A stretch of 64,000 nucleotides of DNA from Octopus vulgaris (GCA_951406725.2 OX597815.1:99324001-99388000); one strand, 5' to 3'; positions 1-15,420 are shown, numbered from the stretch's first letter. The notes: generated from the sequence alone by a model not told the origin. Numbers and translations: made by a program.

Positions 1-72
1 ATCTGACTATCCATCTATTTATCTATTTATCTTTCGATCTAATTATCTCCCCCTCTCACCCCCTTTCTCTCG

Positions 73-148
<76 letters not shown>

Positions 149-273
149 CTGTGTGTACATATATATATATATACACACACATATATATATATATATACAT
201 TCGCATGTATGTATATTTATATATGGATATATATATGTATATATATATATATATATATGTATATATGTGTGTG

Positions 274-306
<33 letters not shown>

Positions 307-485
307 CTATATGTATGTATATGTATGTATATATATATACACAGGGATAGATACATATATACATACATACGTATGTGTGTGCGTGTTTATATAAATGCAT
401 ATATATATACATACACACACACTTACCTGTGTGTGTGCAGGATCATATCCCTCTCTCTCTCTCTCTCCCCCTCTCTTTTTCTCTC

Positions 486-489
<4 letters not shown>

Positions 490-578
<89 letters not shown>
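490..578. repeat. (GATA)n microsatellite; similar tracts at ~34070..34250, 34755..34836, 35038..35133, 49235..49340, 52633..52722
   Basis: Directly visible tetranucleotide tandem repeat. Confidence 0.97.
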
Positions 579-582
<4 letters not shown>

Positions 583-880
583 TTGAACAAATAGCCACTC
601 AAATTATAAGAGGAACAAAACCTGACGTAGACATGAATAACACAGATAAATAAAGATTATTTTTTCATTAAGTCCAAGGAAGTAAACACCACTTGTGAAT
701 GAAACATTGCTTGAATGAGGAGGAACTAAAAATGAATGAAAGAAATGTAATGAATGAAACAAATGCAATGAATGAAAACACCAAACGACAGTTTTTTTTC
801 TTTCATATATATATATTATATTTTTTTATAAAAAATAGTTACACATTTTTGATTGTCATCATTATTTTACTTTCTCTTTG

Positions 881-952
<72 letters not shown>

Positions 953-2190
953 CATATATACACATATATATTTATACATATATACATGCATACATATATA
1001 TGTATTATATATACATATATGCACACATATACATAGAATTAGTAATTGCTCAATGAATCATTTTTGTTTGAATCCTTTTTTAATTCAGTCCAATAAAGCA
1101 TTTATGCATGCATACAAGCATATATACATATACGCACATACATACAAGCATATATACATATATGTACATACATACAAACATATATATATTTATATACACA
1201 TTCATACAAACATGCCTACATACATACAAGCATAAATATTTACATATATAAACATGTGTAAAATGTGTGTATGTATGTATGCATGTATGCATGCATACAC
1301 ATATCTTTATACACACAGTCATATTTATAATTTGTCAACAAATATTATATGCTGAACATTTTTTTTCTTTAATAAATAATTTTTTATCAACCTTGCTAAT
1401 ACATCACATTTCAGAATTGCTGACAAAATATTTATTAACAATCAATATCACCTTTAACATGATACATATAATTGTTATTGTTACTGTTTTGGTTGTTGTT
1501 GTTGTTATAATTATTATTATCATTATTATTATTAATAATATTATTATTATTATTTACTATTGTGATGATTATTACCAGCATTATCACCATTTTGAATAGA
1601 TATACATACGTATATATATATGTATACATATATATCTATACATATATATGTATGCATATTTGTATCTATACATATATATATATGCATATATATGCATATA
1701 TGTGTGTATGTAAACCTGTATTTCTGTTGTTCTTTTATTATCATTAATGTATTATATTTGTATTAGAACGATACCAATAAATAATATATTATGATATTGT
1801 ATATATCCGTTGTTATACTTGTCATAGCTGCATGCTTATACTTATCTTTATAAAGATGATGATTTTTAAAACATTATTATGACGTTTTGATATTATAATT
1901 TTGCCTCATTTTCTATCACTCTGTGTAATATATTTTTGATGGTAAAATGATTTCTGTCACAAAATTATGTATTTCCATTCAATGTAATTTATTCTAAAGT
2001 ATATGATTTTTCATTTCTTCCTGTTTTTCAAGTTTTTATACTTTTTAAACGCGAACATTGAATTTGGTGGTTGCTTGAGGCGTTGAATTTTGAGTCCTTC
2101 CTCATTTATCGAACTTATTTATTAATATATAAAATTCCTTTATTTATTTCGAAAGTCAGTAATATATTAATTGGTTTTTCTTTAATATAC

Positions 2191-2241
<51 letters not shown>

Positions 2242-2531
2242 TGTGTGTATGTGTGGGTATGTATGTAAGTGTTTCTTTGCTATGAAAATCATAATTGTTG
2301 ATTTTCATCTGCATCTCATATTCGTTATATTAGCACATATACGTACATACATACATGCATTCATGCATGCATATATACATAAATGCATGTGTGCATGTGT
2401 GTGCTTCCACGTGTATTACATTCTTGCAACCAAATCTTCTGTGACTGTCTTCCGGTAGAGGAACCTGTTCTAATTTCACTCATATATTAATTATTATTAT
2501 CATTCGCCCTTCTAGCAAATAAATGAAATCA

Positions 2532-2578
<47 letters not shown>

Positions 2579-2628
2579 GTTATTATTATAATTATTATTA
2601 TTATTATTGTTATTATTATTATTATTAT

Positions 2629-2705
<77 letters not shown>

Positions 2706-2887
2706 TTATCATCGTCATTGGTTGTTGATCAGATTTAATTCAGCGTGAAGCAGAAATTTTAAAAGGAAAAAGAAAGAAAATCCAATAAAATAAGGAGAAT
2801 TTACGAGAAAGAATCCACGAATTAAAGCGCCCTTGTGTGCGCCTGTACATCTACCTATGTGTATGTTTATGTATTTATGTGCAAGAG

Positions 2888-2942
<55 letters not shown>

Positions 2943-3037
2943 ATCATATGCATGCATATTCACATTAAGTAAATATATATATCCTTCATATAAATATGCA
3001 TGTATATAATGTATATGCACATTTGTATACACTATAA

Positions 3038-3100
<63 letters not shown>

Positions 3101-3143
3101 CATACATATATATATATACATATATATATATAAGTATAGATAT

Positions 3144-3232
<89 letters not shown>

Positions 3233-3429
3233 CACAATGCATACATATATAGTCTTAGCTAAAATGAAACGAATATATGTGACAGTATGATTTTTGTGCC
3301 GGTTTACGGCAAGTTGTTATAGATTTTTTAAGTGTATAAGTATGCATATAAATGAAATCATGTCTGCATACATATGAAGACTCAAATTATCGCACACCTT
3401 AATACAACTACATGCCCATTTACTTGACG

Positions 3430-3485
<56 letters not shown>

Positions 3486-3567
3486 CTCCTATAGGTATAT
3501 AACCATACAGAATCATGGATATGCATTCGCTAATACGCAAATTTTATGACATGCATGTAAATATATG

Positions 3568-3600
<33 letters not shown>

Positions 3601-4778
3601 TTGTGTGAGTATACATATAATAATATAAATAATATATATATATATATGAAGGGAGAGATCCTTGTATCACTTTATCTATCCCTGTATCCGTACATGTAAT
3701 ATATATGAACTTGTAGAGGAATGTGTATAGCACCTGAGAACTCTTGAGAATTCTTCATATCTAATGCACTTTCCTTTCTAACTAATGTATGTCCTCTAAA
3801 ATTAAAATTATATTATAATTAAAATTATTATAACAATTATAATAATTATAATAAAGATAAACTTGCTTCAAACGTAAGTAGGAAAAGTCCCATGCACGAA
3901 AACACCGCGGGGCGTTATGAATGAGCATACCTGAAAAATATTACAATTTTCTGTGAGATCTATCATGAATAAGATTCCTAGAAAGTGCCCATATTCTGGC
4001 TTTTAGAATATTCTTTATATAGAGAAAAAATAGTCTGAAGCACCTGGAGGTATAGTGCAAAAGATTGGTGCACGTGTGCACTAGATACACTGGATAATAA
4101 TTATTATAATAATGATAGTAATAATAATCATAATGATGAGGATGATGATGATGAATTATATAGCCTATTCTATTAAAACTTTGTTTTTGTTCAACACTCA
4201 GTTCAACTCTGAACAACCGGATGTCGAATTAGTTGCATTCCACTTGTGACCATCCCGTTTTTTTTGCTTGATGTTCTTTTATTCAGACAGTTGTTACCTT
4301 GGGTCTATGTTATTCAATGTTTACATTTTAAAGACAGTAAGGTTTGATTTGATGGAGAATTGGTTGCTATTACATGCAATCCGAACGACTACACAGAAGC
4401 TCTCTCATTGTATAAAGAGTTGAATGGCCTGTTGTGGTATGGTATGGTGTGGTATGGTATCGCTGTTTAACTCCAGGTCAACACTGTTTTAGTACACACA
4501 TAACTACTGACTCTGTACCCTTGATCTCCCCATCTTTTTAGGACTACCGTATTTCAGGTGAAGGGACACACTCATAAGCTATTTTTATAATAAGAGTTAG
4601 TTTATCGTGGTAACGTGAAGTCTTGTGGTCATATATTATGTAGCTCACAATGATGATGATGATGATGATCGTTATAAAATTTCACACAGTGCCAGATTAT
4701 GTGATAATATTATTATACGTGTTGACACTTTTCTAATGATGTTGATGATGATGACGATGACCATGAAGATGATCATTC

Positions 4779-4812
<34 letters not shown>

Positions 4813-5010
4813 AATAATAATAAATGTGACGAATACACAAACGCATACATACACAGATGTATTGTAGAGATACATACAGATGTAAAAACTTGGTGTGTGT
4901 GTGAGCCTAAAAAAGACTTCGGATAAGATAAATTCTCATAGGGTTCAATTTTGTTAGGGACCATTTTATTTCTTTTTTTTTTCTTAACGATTCTTGAAAT
5001 TTTCGCTGGC

Positions 5011-5060
5011 AATAGCAAACTGATGAGCCGCTACCGGCAAAACTTCGAAGTCCTGGTCAA
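5011..5060 (+). ncRNA. Degenerate minimal (type I) hammerhead ribozyme motif
   Basis: CTGATGA-GCCG-ctac-CGGC-(A)AAACTTCGAAGT-C. Perfect stem II, palindromic stem III, GUC triplet. G12 is A and stem I pairs poorly. Confidence 0.6.
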
Positions 5061-5092
5061 CCGACATTATGAGGAAATAATATACTCATTTG

Positions 5093-5126
<34 letters not shown>

Positions 5127-6071
5127 CACACACGCACACACACACGCACTCTCACTCACTCACTCACGAACATGTGTGTGCGGTATATCGCTAGTGCATC
5201 GGGGTATTCATTAAAAATTTCCTTTGTAATTACTAATTTGTAAAATTACATATATAACAAAATTAATTAACTGAAAAAATAAGATTCAATTTTAAAAAGA
5301 TATGCCTTATTCTTGAGTTTCTTAATTTTCAGTATGTAATCTGTGATAATTTTTACGAATCGTAATGCGATATTGAATTTCTAGAATTAAGCTTTTTTGT
5401 TGGTTCTCATTTATACCCTGGAATATATATCTTATAGTGGCCTGCAACCTATGAACCATGTATAACACTTATATATAAATCTATATATAAATAGTATTTA
5501 TATATGCATATATAACTGAAATAACTATTATAAAAAATATTTGACTAACAATGCTAAATTTAATAAGGCTTCTAAAAATTCTTTTACAGACTAATTCGGT
5601 CTGAAGAGTATAGATTTTAAAAAAATTTATAATTTGATTTAAAATTGTATACATACGTCGTAATATTTTCTCAATATATATGGTGTAATCTCATGCCTAG
5701 TTTAAAGGTACTATATATATATTTATGTGTATTTGTGTATTAAAAGATACTCATTTGTTTTTATGCGTGTTTGTGAGTCTCTGTGTGTATATGTGCATTA
5801 AGTTATATTTATTTTAATCCAAATGGGGTGCATTATTAGGTTGGCTGTCTATTTATCTAGTTATATACATACATGCATATATACACACTACATACATATA
5901 CATTGGTATATTTATTGCATGTACGTTTATATACCTATATGTATGTATATTTGTATGTATGTTTTGTATGTAAGGTATGTAAGTTTAAATGGAATATTCA
6001 CCCATACTTTCATTCGATGAGCAGCTAATTCACCTAATCGAACTGAATTCTTTCTTATAGGTGAAACTGCC

Positions 6072-6500
6072 GAAAATCAGTCATGCATGAATGCATTCAC
6101 GTATGTATGTATGTATGTATGTATGTATGTATGTATGCATGTATGTATGTATGTATGTATGTATGTATGCATGTATGTATGTTTGTATGTATGTACGTAC
6201 GTACGTATGCAGGTATGTATGTTTGTATGTATGTATGTATGTATGTTTGTATCAGTCATGCATGAAAATCAGTCATGCATGAATGCATTCACGTATGTAT
6301 GTATGTATGTATGTATGTATACATGCATGTATGTATGCATGCATGTATGTATGTACGTACGTATGTATGTATGTATGTATGTATGTACGTACGCATGTAT
6401 GTATGCATGTATGTATGCATGTATGTATGTATGTATATATGTTTGTTTGTATGTATATATGCATGCGTGTGTATGCATGCATGCAAGCATGTATGTGTAT
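6072..6500. repeat. (TATG)n tract with tandem duplication of its unique 5' flank
   Basis: gaaaatcagtcatgcatgaatgcattcacgtatg occurs at 6072 and again at 6264, each followed by (TATG)n. Confidence 0.85.
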
Positions 6501-6606
6501 GTATTACATCTTTCCCTTTCAAAAACATCCCATGGCTGCATTCCATCTGATTACATCCGCAGTACGCACAATCATCATCATCATCATCATCATTATTATT
6601 ATTATT

Positions 6607-6648
<42 letters not shown>

Positions 6649-6655
6649 CTTATTA

Positions 6656-6727
<72 letters not shown>

Positions 6728-6729
6728 AA

Positions 6730-6940
6730 GTCGGTGAGCTAGCAGAATTGTTAACACACTAGACGAAATACTTATTGGTATTTAGCCCGTCGCTGCGTTC
6801 TGAGTTCAAATTCCGCCGATGTCGACTTTGTCTTTCATTCTTACGGGTGGAATAAATAAGTACCAGTTACGCACTGGAGTCGATGTCATCGACTAGTCCC
6901 CTCCTACAAAATTTCAGGCTTTGAGCCTATAGTTGAACGG
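6730..6940 (+). mobile_element. SINE family B (tRNA-derived; Nin/Deu-like central domain)
   Basis: Head gtcggtgagctagcagaattgtta, B box gagttcaaattcc, central gtcgactttgtctttcattcttacgggtggaataaataagtaccag. Flanked by (ATT)n. Confidence 0.8.
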
Positions 6941-6974
6941 ATCATCATCATCATCATTATTATTATTATTATTA

Positions 6975-7037
<63 letters not shown>

Positions 7038-7236
7038 GTTAATCATTTATTTAATTATGTTATACTCTTTACACTTTGCCAGCGCAAGGAGATGTTTGCT
7101 TTGTTGAATGTATGTGTTAACTAAAGTGGTTGTGGTTCAGCTGTTCGTTCTGATATTTGTGTTAAACGCTACTACTACTACGAATAGTAGTAGTAATGAT
7201 AGAAGTGGTAGTTGTAGCAGTAGTAGGTGCAACAGA

Positions 7237-7318
<82 letters not shown>

Positions 7319-8072
7319 CATTAAACAGCAGCACTAAACGCAGCATCAAGAAGAGCAGTTCAGCAGTAAGATACAATATCAGTATATATAAATCTACATA
7401 CCGCATGGAAAGCTATGACTGGAAGAAGAGAATACGTTTAACGTTTCGGGCAATATACATTTCTCACATTTCTCATCTCTCTGAAGAAGAGCTCTTGCCG
7501 AGACCCTTTAGACTATATCATTCCTACTTACAGCATGAAATTTATTCAGGACTGAGCTCTATATTTTAATGTTTTATTTATATAAGCGTCGAATTAGGAG
7601 TGTAGGGGTTATGAGAGGACGATGTCGCAGTAGTAGTAGTAGTAGTAGTAGTTGTGAAGATGGTGAGCATTGTGGCGATCTTGATGTAGGTGTTGATGGT
7701 GCTAGCAGAGTCGCTTATGATATAAAAAATACATATATTTTAAGAAAGTGTTATTAACAAAGTACTATTTAAACTGAATTAACGAATATTAATGTACAGA
7801 GTGAGGCATGAAGGCTACAACATTATGGTATTGTAGTCTCGTGGCATTTCTATAATTTAAATATTGGATGCGATTTTGTGATTCGAAATCAAGCTTCAAC
7901 GACATCGTTTGTATTTCGTCATTTTTCATATACGCACACACATGCACATAGGCAGAAACAGATTCGATCAGGCACGTACGCAGAAACACGCTTATAGGAA
8001 TATCTATGCGTGCGCACGCATGTAAAGATATACATACACAAACACACACACACATACATATGTATGTACGTG

Positions 8073-8176
<104 letters not shown>

Positions 8177-8506
8177 TATATATATATATGTATCTATATA
8201 TATATATATATATACACATATATATATACACATATATATATATATATGTATGTATGTAAATTATTTACAAATATATAAATGTACGTAAGTATGCATCAAT
8301 GAAGTTGTTGTTAGCATTATATATAATAACATCGGACTCTACACCCATAGTGAGTCCTTTTTACCTTTAATGTGCATTTACATAGATTGTATAATGGTAT
8401 ATCCCATAATTAAAAAAACATGATGTAACTAATAAAACACACGCAAATGCATACATTTACATATATATACATATGTAAATTTATGCATATGTGCACGTAT
8501 TTTTAC

Positions 8507-8582
<76 letters not shown>

Positions 8583-9359
8583 TTGTGTTCGTATGTATAT
8601 ATACATATTCAAACATATTTGTGTTCATGTGTATTGATATGTATGCATGCGAGTTTTTTACAATGTATGTATCCAGAAGTATGTAAGTAAAAGGGGAACC
8701 CTGTTTCTGCAACGCACCCATGTTGTGATGCAGTGGATGATATACCAGAAGTTGATTGTGTAATATCGTTACATTACACTATTGATCATACGATACCGTA
8801 ACATATCGTATCCACTCTAACATTCTAAATGCTAACTAACCAGGTCGATATCACCCAGATCTCACATTTCTAAGATTTCTGATCGCCGAATCGCTGGTTG
8901 TGGCGATGGAGAAATAGATAATTTGGTTTGTGGCCTTGGTTGATAGCAAAGCTAATGGTAATAGCAATGAGGTGGAATATTTATAGACAAAACCACCCAT
9001 AACTCAGGCAGACATAGCCAAATTGTTACATCTATACCAGAATGATATAATATACATTAACTGACCAGGTCATTGCTATTAAAGCTGTATCATCACTTGA
9101 CCCAGTGTCAGTCTATGGGTTAACCGAAGTCTTTCTTGTGCTAGCTAAGGTTGTCTCTGGTCAACTGAAGTTGTCTAAGGTCGTCTACGGTTGAATGATG
9201 TTATCTGATGTTGAATGGGTGATCACATTTAAATTAGGGAAAGCTGAAGATCAAGAGAAAATTATGACTAAGTTCACAGGAATGGGAACGATTGGAGAAT
9301 TTGTTAACTATACTAATGTTATTAATGGAGTATATGCAGTTAGAGAGCGTTAATAGACT

Positions 9360-9423
<64 letters not shown>

Positions 9424-9555
9424 CATATATATACATATATATATATATTATACATATATATACGCATATATATATATATACATATATATATTTATACATA
9501 TATGTATGTACATATATATATATATATATATATATACATACATGTATATATATAT

Positions 9556-9593
<38 letters not shown>

Positions 9594-9777
9594 AGATAGA
9601 TAGATAGATAGATATACACACATGCATGTCTGCACTTGTGTATATGAGTGGGCAGTTATTTATATATGAAAGAAAAATGATGACCGATATCTTATCTGAA
9701 ACACATATACCTGCATATACATGTGTGTGTATGTGTGTGTGTGTGTGTGCGTATACATATATACATATATATATATG

Positions 9778-9877
<100 letters not shown>

Positions 9878-10288
9878 CATACACACACATGCACAGAAAG
9901 AAAGTCAAGCATGGATAGTTAGATAAATATGTATGTATGTGTGTGTGTGTGTGTCTATCTGTGTCGGTGTCTGTGTGTGCGTACACTCGCACACACACAC
10001 ACACACGAACATAAACACATATATGGTTACAGAAGCATATATCAAAATTTGTATTAGGAAATATGGGTATTAAGCTGTTAGGCTTTAAACCGGTAGAACA
10101 TATTATACTTAAGTTGTGTGAGCATAGCAGATTCCATGCTTGTTATCCGGATAATTGAATCGCCGAGTGGCACCAGCGGTTGGTATAATAACAGCCTTAC
10201 TACCTCACCGTTAATAACATGGAATAGCCCAAAGCTGTATTTAAAAGGCTGCTATATGTACACAACCTCTTCCTTCGTTATATATGTG

Positions 10289-10337
<49 letters not shown>

Positions 10338-10382
10338 ATAAATATATATATATAAGGATATATGTATATATGTATGCAACAG

Positions 10383-10416
<34 letters not shown>

Positions 10417-11541
10417 TTGATGCATACGTATATACATATATCCTTATATATACATATATGCGTGTGAGAGTGAGTGCGTGTGCGACTGTGTGAGTGTGTG
10501 CGCGCGCGTATGTGTGTGTGTTGCTTTCGGAGCAGTAATATTGGATGCATTATGTCTGAAACAGACAGACTAATCATGATTAAGTGTCTCTGATCATGGC
10601 TTCTATAAGTCAAACAACTACAAGAACAAAAATTTCTGAGTGGGTTTTTGCTTCTTCGGTAAAAAAGAACATGCGATGGAATCGCAGAAATGCCACGAAA
10701 TTTTGACACTTATTCATAGAAGTTCCTCTTTTGATTTAAACGCAAAGTGAAGTTAGTAGTTTTGTGTGTTCTTAAATGACTAAAAAGCGAATTTTCCACG
10801 ATCAGATTTAAACCATGAATTTTTTTGTTTATTTTTAGGGGGCGTGTGAGTTGGCACCACTAATTATGTAGTGCATGATTATAATAATTATAGCCTCAAT
10901 TATTTCCCACATTGATTGGCGTAGGACTTCGCAGCGTTAGAGGACCTTATGTTGGATTATATCTACTTTAATATCTTATAGGTACTTTATTCTATGAACT
11001 CCAGTAAAGATGAAAGTTAAAAATTGATCTCTACAAAATTTTAATTCAGAAAGCGAAGTTCATAACTAAATACCACATAACATTTCAATAGTTGCTCGAC
11101 TGATTATGTCAAACATCCAGTGAGAAGTATATCAATTACTAATCTCTGTTTTAAAATAAAATGTTAAATTATAGATAATGAAATTGTGACTAACTGAAAT
11201 GATATTCGAATTTAATAATCGTTTCTTAAAAGTGAGAAAAATTGTGAGTGGAGAAAGGATTGTACAAGTATCGTCCCAGTCACAGTGTATTACTGGTACT
11301 GACAATTTGTCATTCTAGAATGTAAGTATTTTAGAACACTAAAATAAAATATTTGTTTCTAATACAAAAGAATTATAGAATACTGTTCCTAACAGAAGCA
11401 TTTAGTTGTCTCCGCAAATATATATTTAATTGTATATTTTAGTGTGTGTGTGTGTTTGTTAGAGAGAGAGAGAGAGAGAGAAGAGGAAGTGAGAGATTCC
11501 ATGATCTTGTGTGTGTACGTATGCACGTGTGTGTATATGTG

Positions 11542-11589
<48 letters not shown>

Positions 11590-11606
11590 TATATACATAC
11601 ATACAA

Positions 11607-11656
<50 letters not shown>

Positions 11657-11909
11657 GAACGCCTTCTTTCTGTTGTCTCTAAGACTGAGACATTAGTAAT
11701 GTGACGTAACAAAACAGCATATCCAACACACAGACAAGGAACTGATAACTCAGTCACCTTAGAGAGGACTCCTTATACGTCTATGTGTATGTGTTGGCGT
11801 GCGTACGCGGCGTGTATGTGGGCATGCATGTATAAATATAAACGTCTGTGTATGTAAGTATATATATGTAATATATATGTTTATATATATATATATGAAT
11901 TTGTATAAA

Positions 11910-11993
11910 GCTGCTAAAGTTCCGGAAGGTAAATAAGTCAACACCGGGTGCCAAGCGGTGTGGGGAACAAACACCAACACTTCCGCACGAACG

Positions 11994-12053
<60 letters not shown>

Positions 12054-12221
12054 TACAACGGCTTCCACGCAGTTTCCATCTATGAAATTCTCTCACGACG
12101 CAATGGTCGGTCTGAGGCTTTTACTCGAACACACTTGATCATGGTGCCGCGCAGTGAATTTAAACCCGAAACCACGTAGTTGTTAAGCCAGATATTTAAC
12201 TATACATACATACCTGCGCCC
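11910..12221 (-). mobile_element. SINE family A, degenerate copy
   Basis: agtttccatcta...ggtgccgcgcagtg...aacccgaaaccacgt...cctgcgcc matches the reverse complement of family A. Confidence 0.6.
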
Positions 12222-12612
12222 ATATAAAGAATACTAGTGATGTCAATAAACTGAACTTGATTCTTTCGATTGTATATCTGAATAGATAGAACCAACTATA
12301 TACCTAAAAATAACCCTGGTTAATTAGTAGTAGCTCTAACATCGAGTGTGAGCCAAATCCTACAGATAACACCTATATCAAATACACGTTGCTGGACGGG
12401 GTGGAGCGAGGGCTTATTCGAATTAGAAAGACCTAGTACATATATGAACCCTTGTGATGATATATTCAATTCAACGTGTGTTTTATTATTACTGTCTGTT
12501 TGGGTGTTTTGGCGGGTTTCCTTTTTCTTTACGTTCTTTTCATTTCACTTCCTATTCTGCAGAAAGATTTTTATACATAAACATACACACTATTATATTA
12601 TGTATGTGTGTG

Positions 12613-12664
<52 letters not shown>

Positions 12665-13985
12665 ACACGCACATACATAATATAAATGTGTGTATATACA
12701 AACATATCTGTCTATCCATATGTACATATATATATACGCAAAACATTGATTGATACTTAGATTTAATACATATACTCTTTCATACCACTTCTCAAACCCC
12801 GCCTTCCAGCTGCAATATTTTTCCTTAAGAAATCACGAATATAATTTACAATTTCGACGGCTTATTTTTACAAAGACTTGCTTGTCTCAAAAATTCTTCC
12901 TATCAAGTATATCGAATACAATCTTCTGATATAAGCACAATATATATTTCTAAAATGATCATCATTTAAATGTGTGTTACACATATAGTGTTTTAAATCT
13001 GCTGAATTCTAAAATATTCACACGAAGAAACTGTTACGGGTATGATCAATCGATGATATTGCGTGCAGTTATTTTTATTGATTTCAGGGATAGTGGGTGA
13101 ACAAAGGATAAAGTCTGCCCACGTGAAATTTGAGCTCATCTCGGTATTAAGAATCGTGCTTTGATCAGTAGTTTAAAGATCTTTGATCAATGTATGTCGT
13201 GAGTCGTGATTGCGACGCGCTTTTCCAATTTCACTTTCAGCCAGATAAGTTGTTATCCTTCAGTCACCCAACTTTAGATGCATTTAGGAAACAAGCTATG
13301 ATTCTTTTACATTCTTACGTCGAGATAAACGTCATGTCGAAGGATGGATTAAAAGACTAATTCGTATTGTAGTATTTAAAAAGCATTATATTTTTACGGT
13401 CTGGATTTTAAAAAAAAAGGCACACACACATACACAAAGACACACTCACGCAAACACACACACGCACACACACACATATATATATATATCATAGGTGTAT
13501 ATGTGGCTTTATTTGAATCCATATACACATGCGAACGTACGCTCACACATGTATGTATGTATGTATGTATGTATGTATGTATGTATGTATGTATGTATGT
13601 ATGTATGTATGGAAAACGTTGAAAAGTGGTGCTTGATCTCGCGAGCTTCCCTTCTCTATTATCTATGAACATGTAAAATGATGGGTTTATCAATAATTTT
13701 TCAATAATTCTCAAATCAATTAATTGCTTGATCAGATATTTAATTAATCAATTAATGATTAAATAAATGTGTAGATGAATAATAATAAATGAACAAATGA
13801 AAAATACTATACCACAGACTGATGCCCTGTTCTGTAAACTGACGTATAGCTGACCCTGGGATTTATCGCTACCTCATGGGCTTAACCAGCCACCAATACA
13901 ATCGTCTCCTTTGTCGGGGGAACTACTGTGAGCGCATTCGCCTGACCTGTCAGCAATGGCCGCCAAATTTCAGTTTACCAGACTG

Positions 13986-14029
<44 letters not shown>

Positions 14030-14055
14030 TGTATGTGTGTGTTTGTGTGTGTGTG

Positions 14056-14095
<40 letters not shown>

Positions 14096-14407
14096 ATAAA
14101 CACACACATACATAGACACACATACACACACACACAGATTTAAATAAGTGTTAATGGCGTCGTATATATAGACTTAACTAAAAAGAGAAAATGCAAATTT
14201 TTGGGGGTTTGAATGGCTTTTAAGATTGCGAGAGCAGCGTTGACCTAGGGCTAAATAACAGCAGGAAATATTATCTCTATCATAACCAGGACCGGTACCT
14301 TCTATAAAATTACCACAATCAGCAAGAGCAACAACAACAACGCTAACAGCACCACTGCCACCTCCTATCACCATCTCCACCACCATTACTTTCAGCACAA
14401 CCATGAT

Positions 14408-14572
14408 CTTTTTTTTTCCTACTCTAGGTACAAGGCCCGAAATTTTTGGGAAGGGGGCCAGTCGATTAGATCGACCCCAGTACGCAAATGGTACTTAATT
14501 TGTCCTGAAAGAATGAAAGCCGAAGTCGACCTCGGCAGAATTTGAACTCAGAACGTAAAGACAAACGAAATG
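14408..14572 (-). mobile_element. SINE family B, 5'-truncated copy
   Basis: gtcgattagatcgaccccagtacgcaaatggtacttaattt...gtcgacctcggcagaatttgaactcagaacgtaa. Confidence 0.8.
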
Positions 14573-14614
14573 GGTTTAGCACCAAAATGACCCTTATTAG
14601 TGACGAGGCCTGTA

Positions 14615-14800
14615 TGCAGTAGCTCGATCTGCAAGAATTAGCAGTCTAACTTTCCTCAAATATTAACCTACCCGTATTTAAAAATGATTACATATCTTGG
14701 AAAAACAAATAGTGAAGAATGTGAGATAAAGAGACATGACGGTCACGGTTAGAACGCTGATCGAATGATAAACACTCGACGCACAGACAACAACTTAAAC
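14615..14800 (+). repeat. Unclassified dispersed repeat family D (other copies ~4200..4410 minus, 15620..15830, 47600..47635, 60975..61160, 61310..61440)
   Basis: Shared motifs aa(t/a)(t/a)gcag(t/c)(c/t)aaatct..ctc and ga(c/t)ggtcacggttagaa at 14738 and 61095; reverse complement near 4237..4255. Confidence 0.55.
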
Positions 14801-15330
14801 AATCACCAGATCTATCTCTATATTATCACCACAAGCATTACCCACAACACCCTTATTGTTGCAACTGTACATTTTCTTTCTTTTATGTTTTTTTGTTTTT
14901 TGTTTTTTTGGTTTATATAGAGCAATCACCACCAACACCAACAACAACACACATGACAGTGACATATGATCTCTGCTTTCAATGTGCTCTTCCTTCTACT
15001 CTTCCTCCTTATCATTATCTTCCGTATTATCTCCACCATCATCATCGTCATCATCATCATTATCTTCATCATCGTTATCATCATCATCATCGTCACACCA
15101 CCGCCATAATAATCATCGTCATATTCGGTTACGGCTGATGCATTCACTGATTTTATCTCCCTACCACCGTCCCCCATCACCATATTTTGAGTTCAAACAC
15201 CGCCAAGGTCAACTATACTTTTACCGTTTGTGGTCAATAAAATAAAGTATCAGTCGATTACTACAGTCAATGTGATCGACTCATCTTTTCCCTAAAATTT
15301 CTGTCATTGACCCAAAATTAGAAATAATAA

Positions 15331-15420
<90 letters not shown>

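Noticed and set aside
9110-9220. Degenerate ~10-bp periodic repeat (ttgtctaagg-like), superficially CRISPR-like
   Set aside because: No constant repeat with unique spacers, and the context is eukaryotic; a decayed minisatellite at most.
11676-11765. Short imperfect inverted repeat (tctctaagactgag / ctcagtcaccttagaga), plus small hairpins at ~12380..12483, 35231..35300 and 42138..42270
   Set aside because: Short stems of this kind can arise by chance in 64 kb; no second copy or TSD seen.
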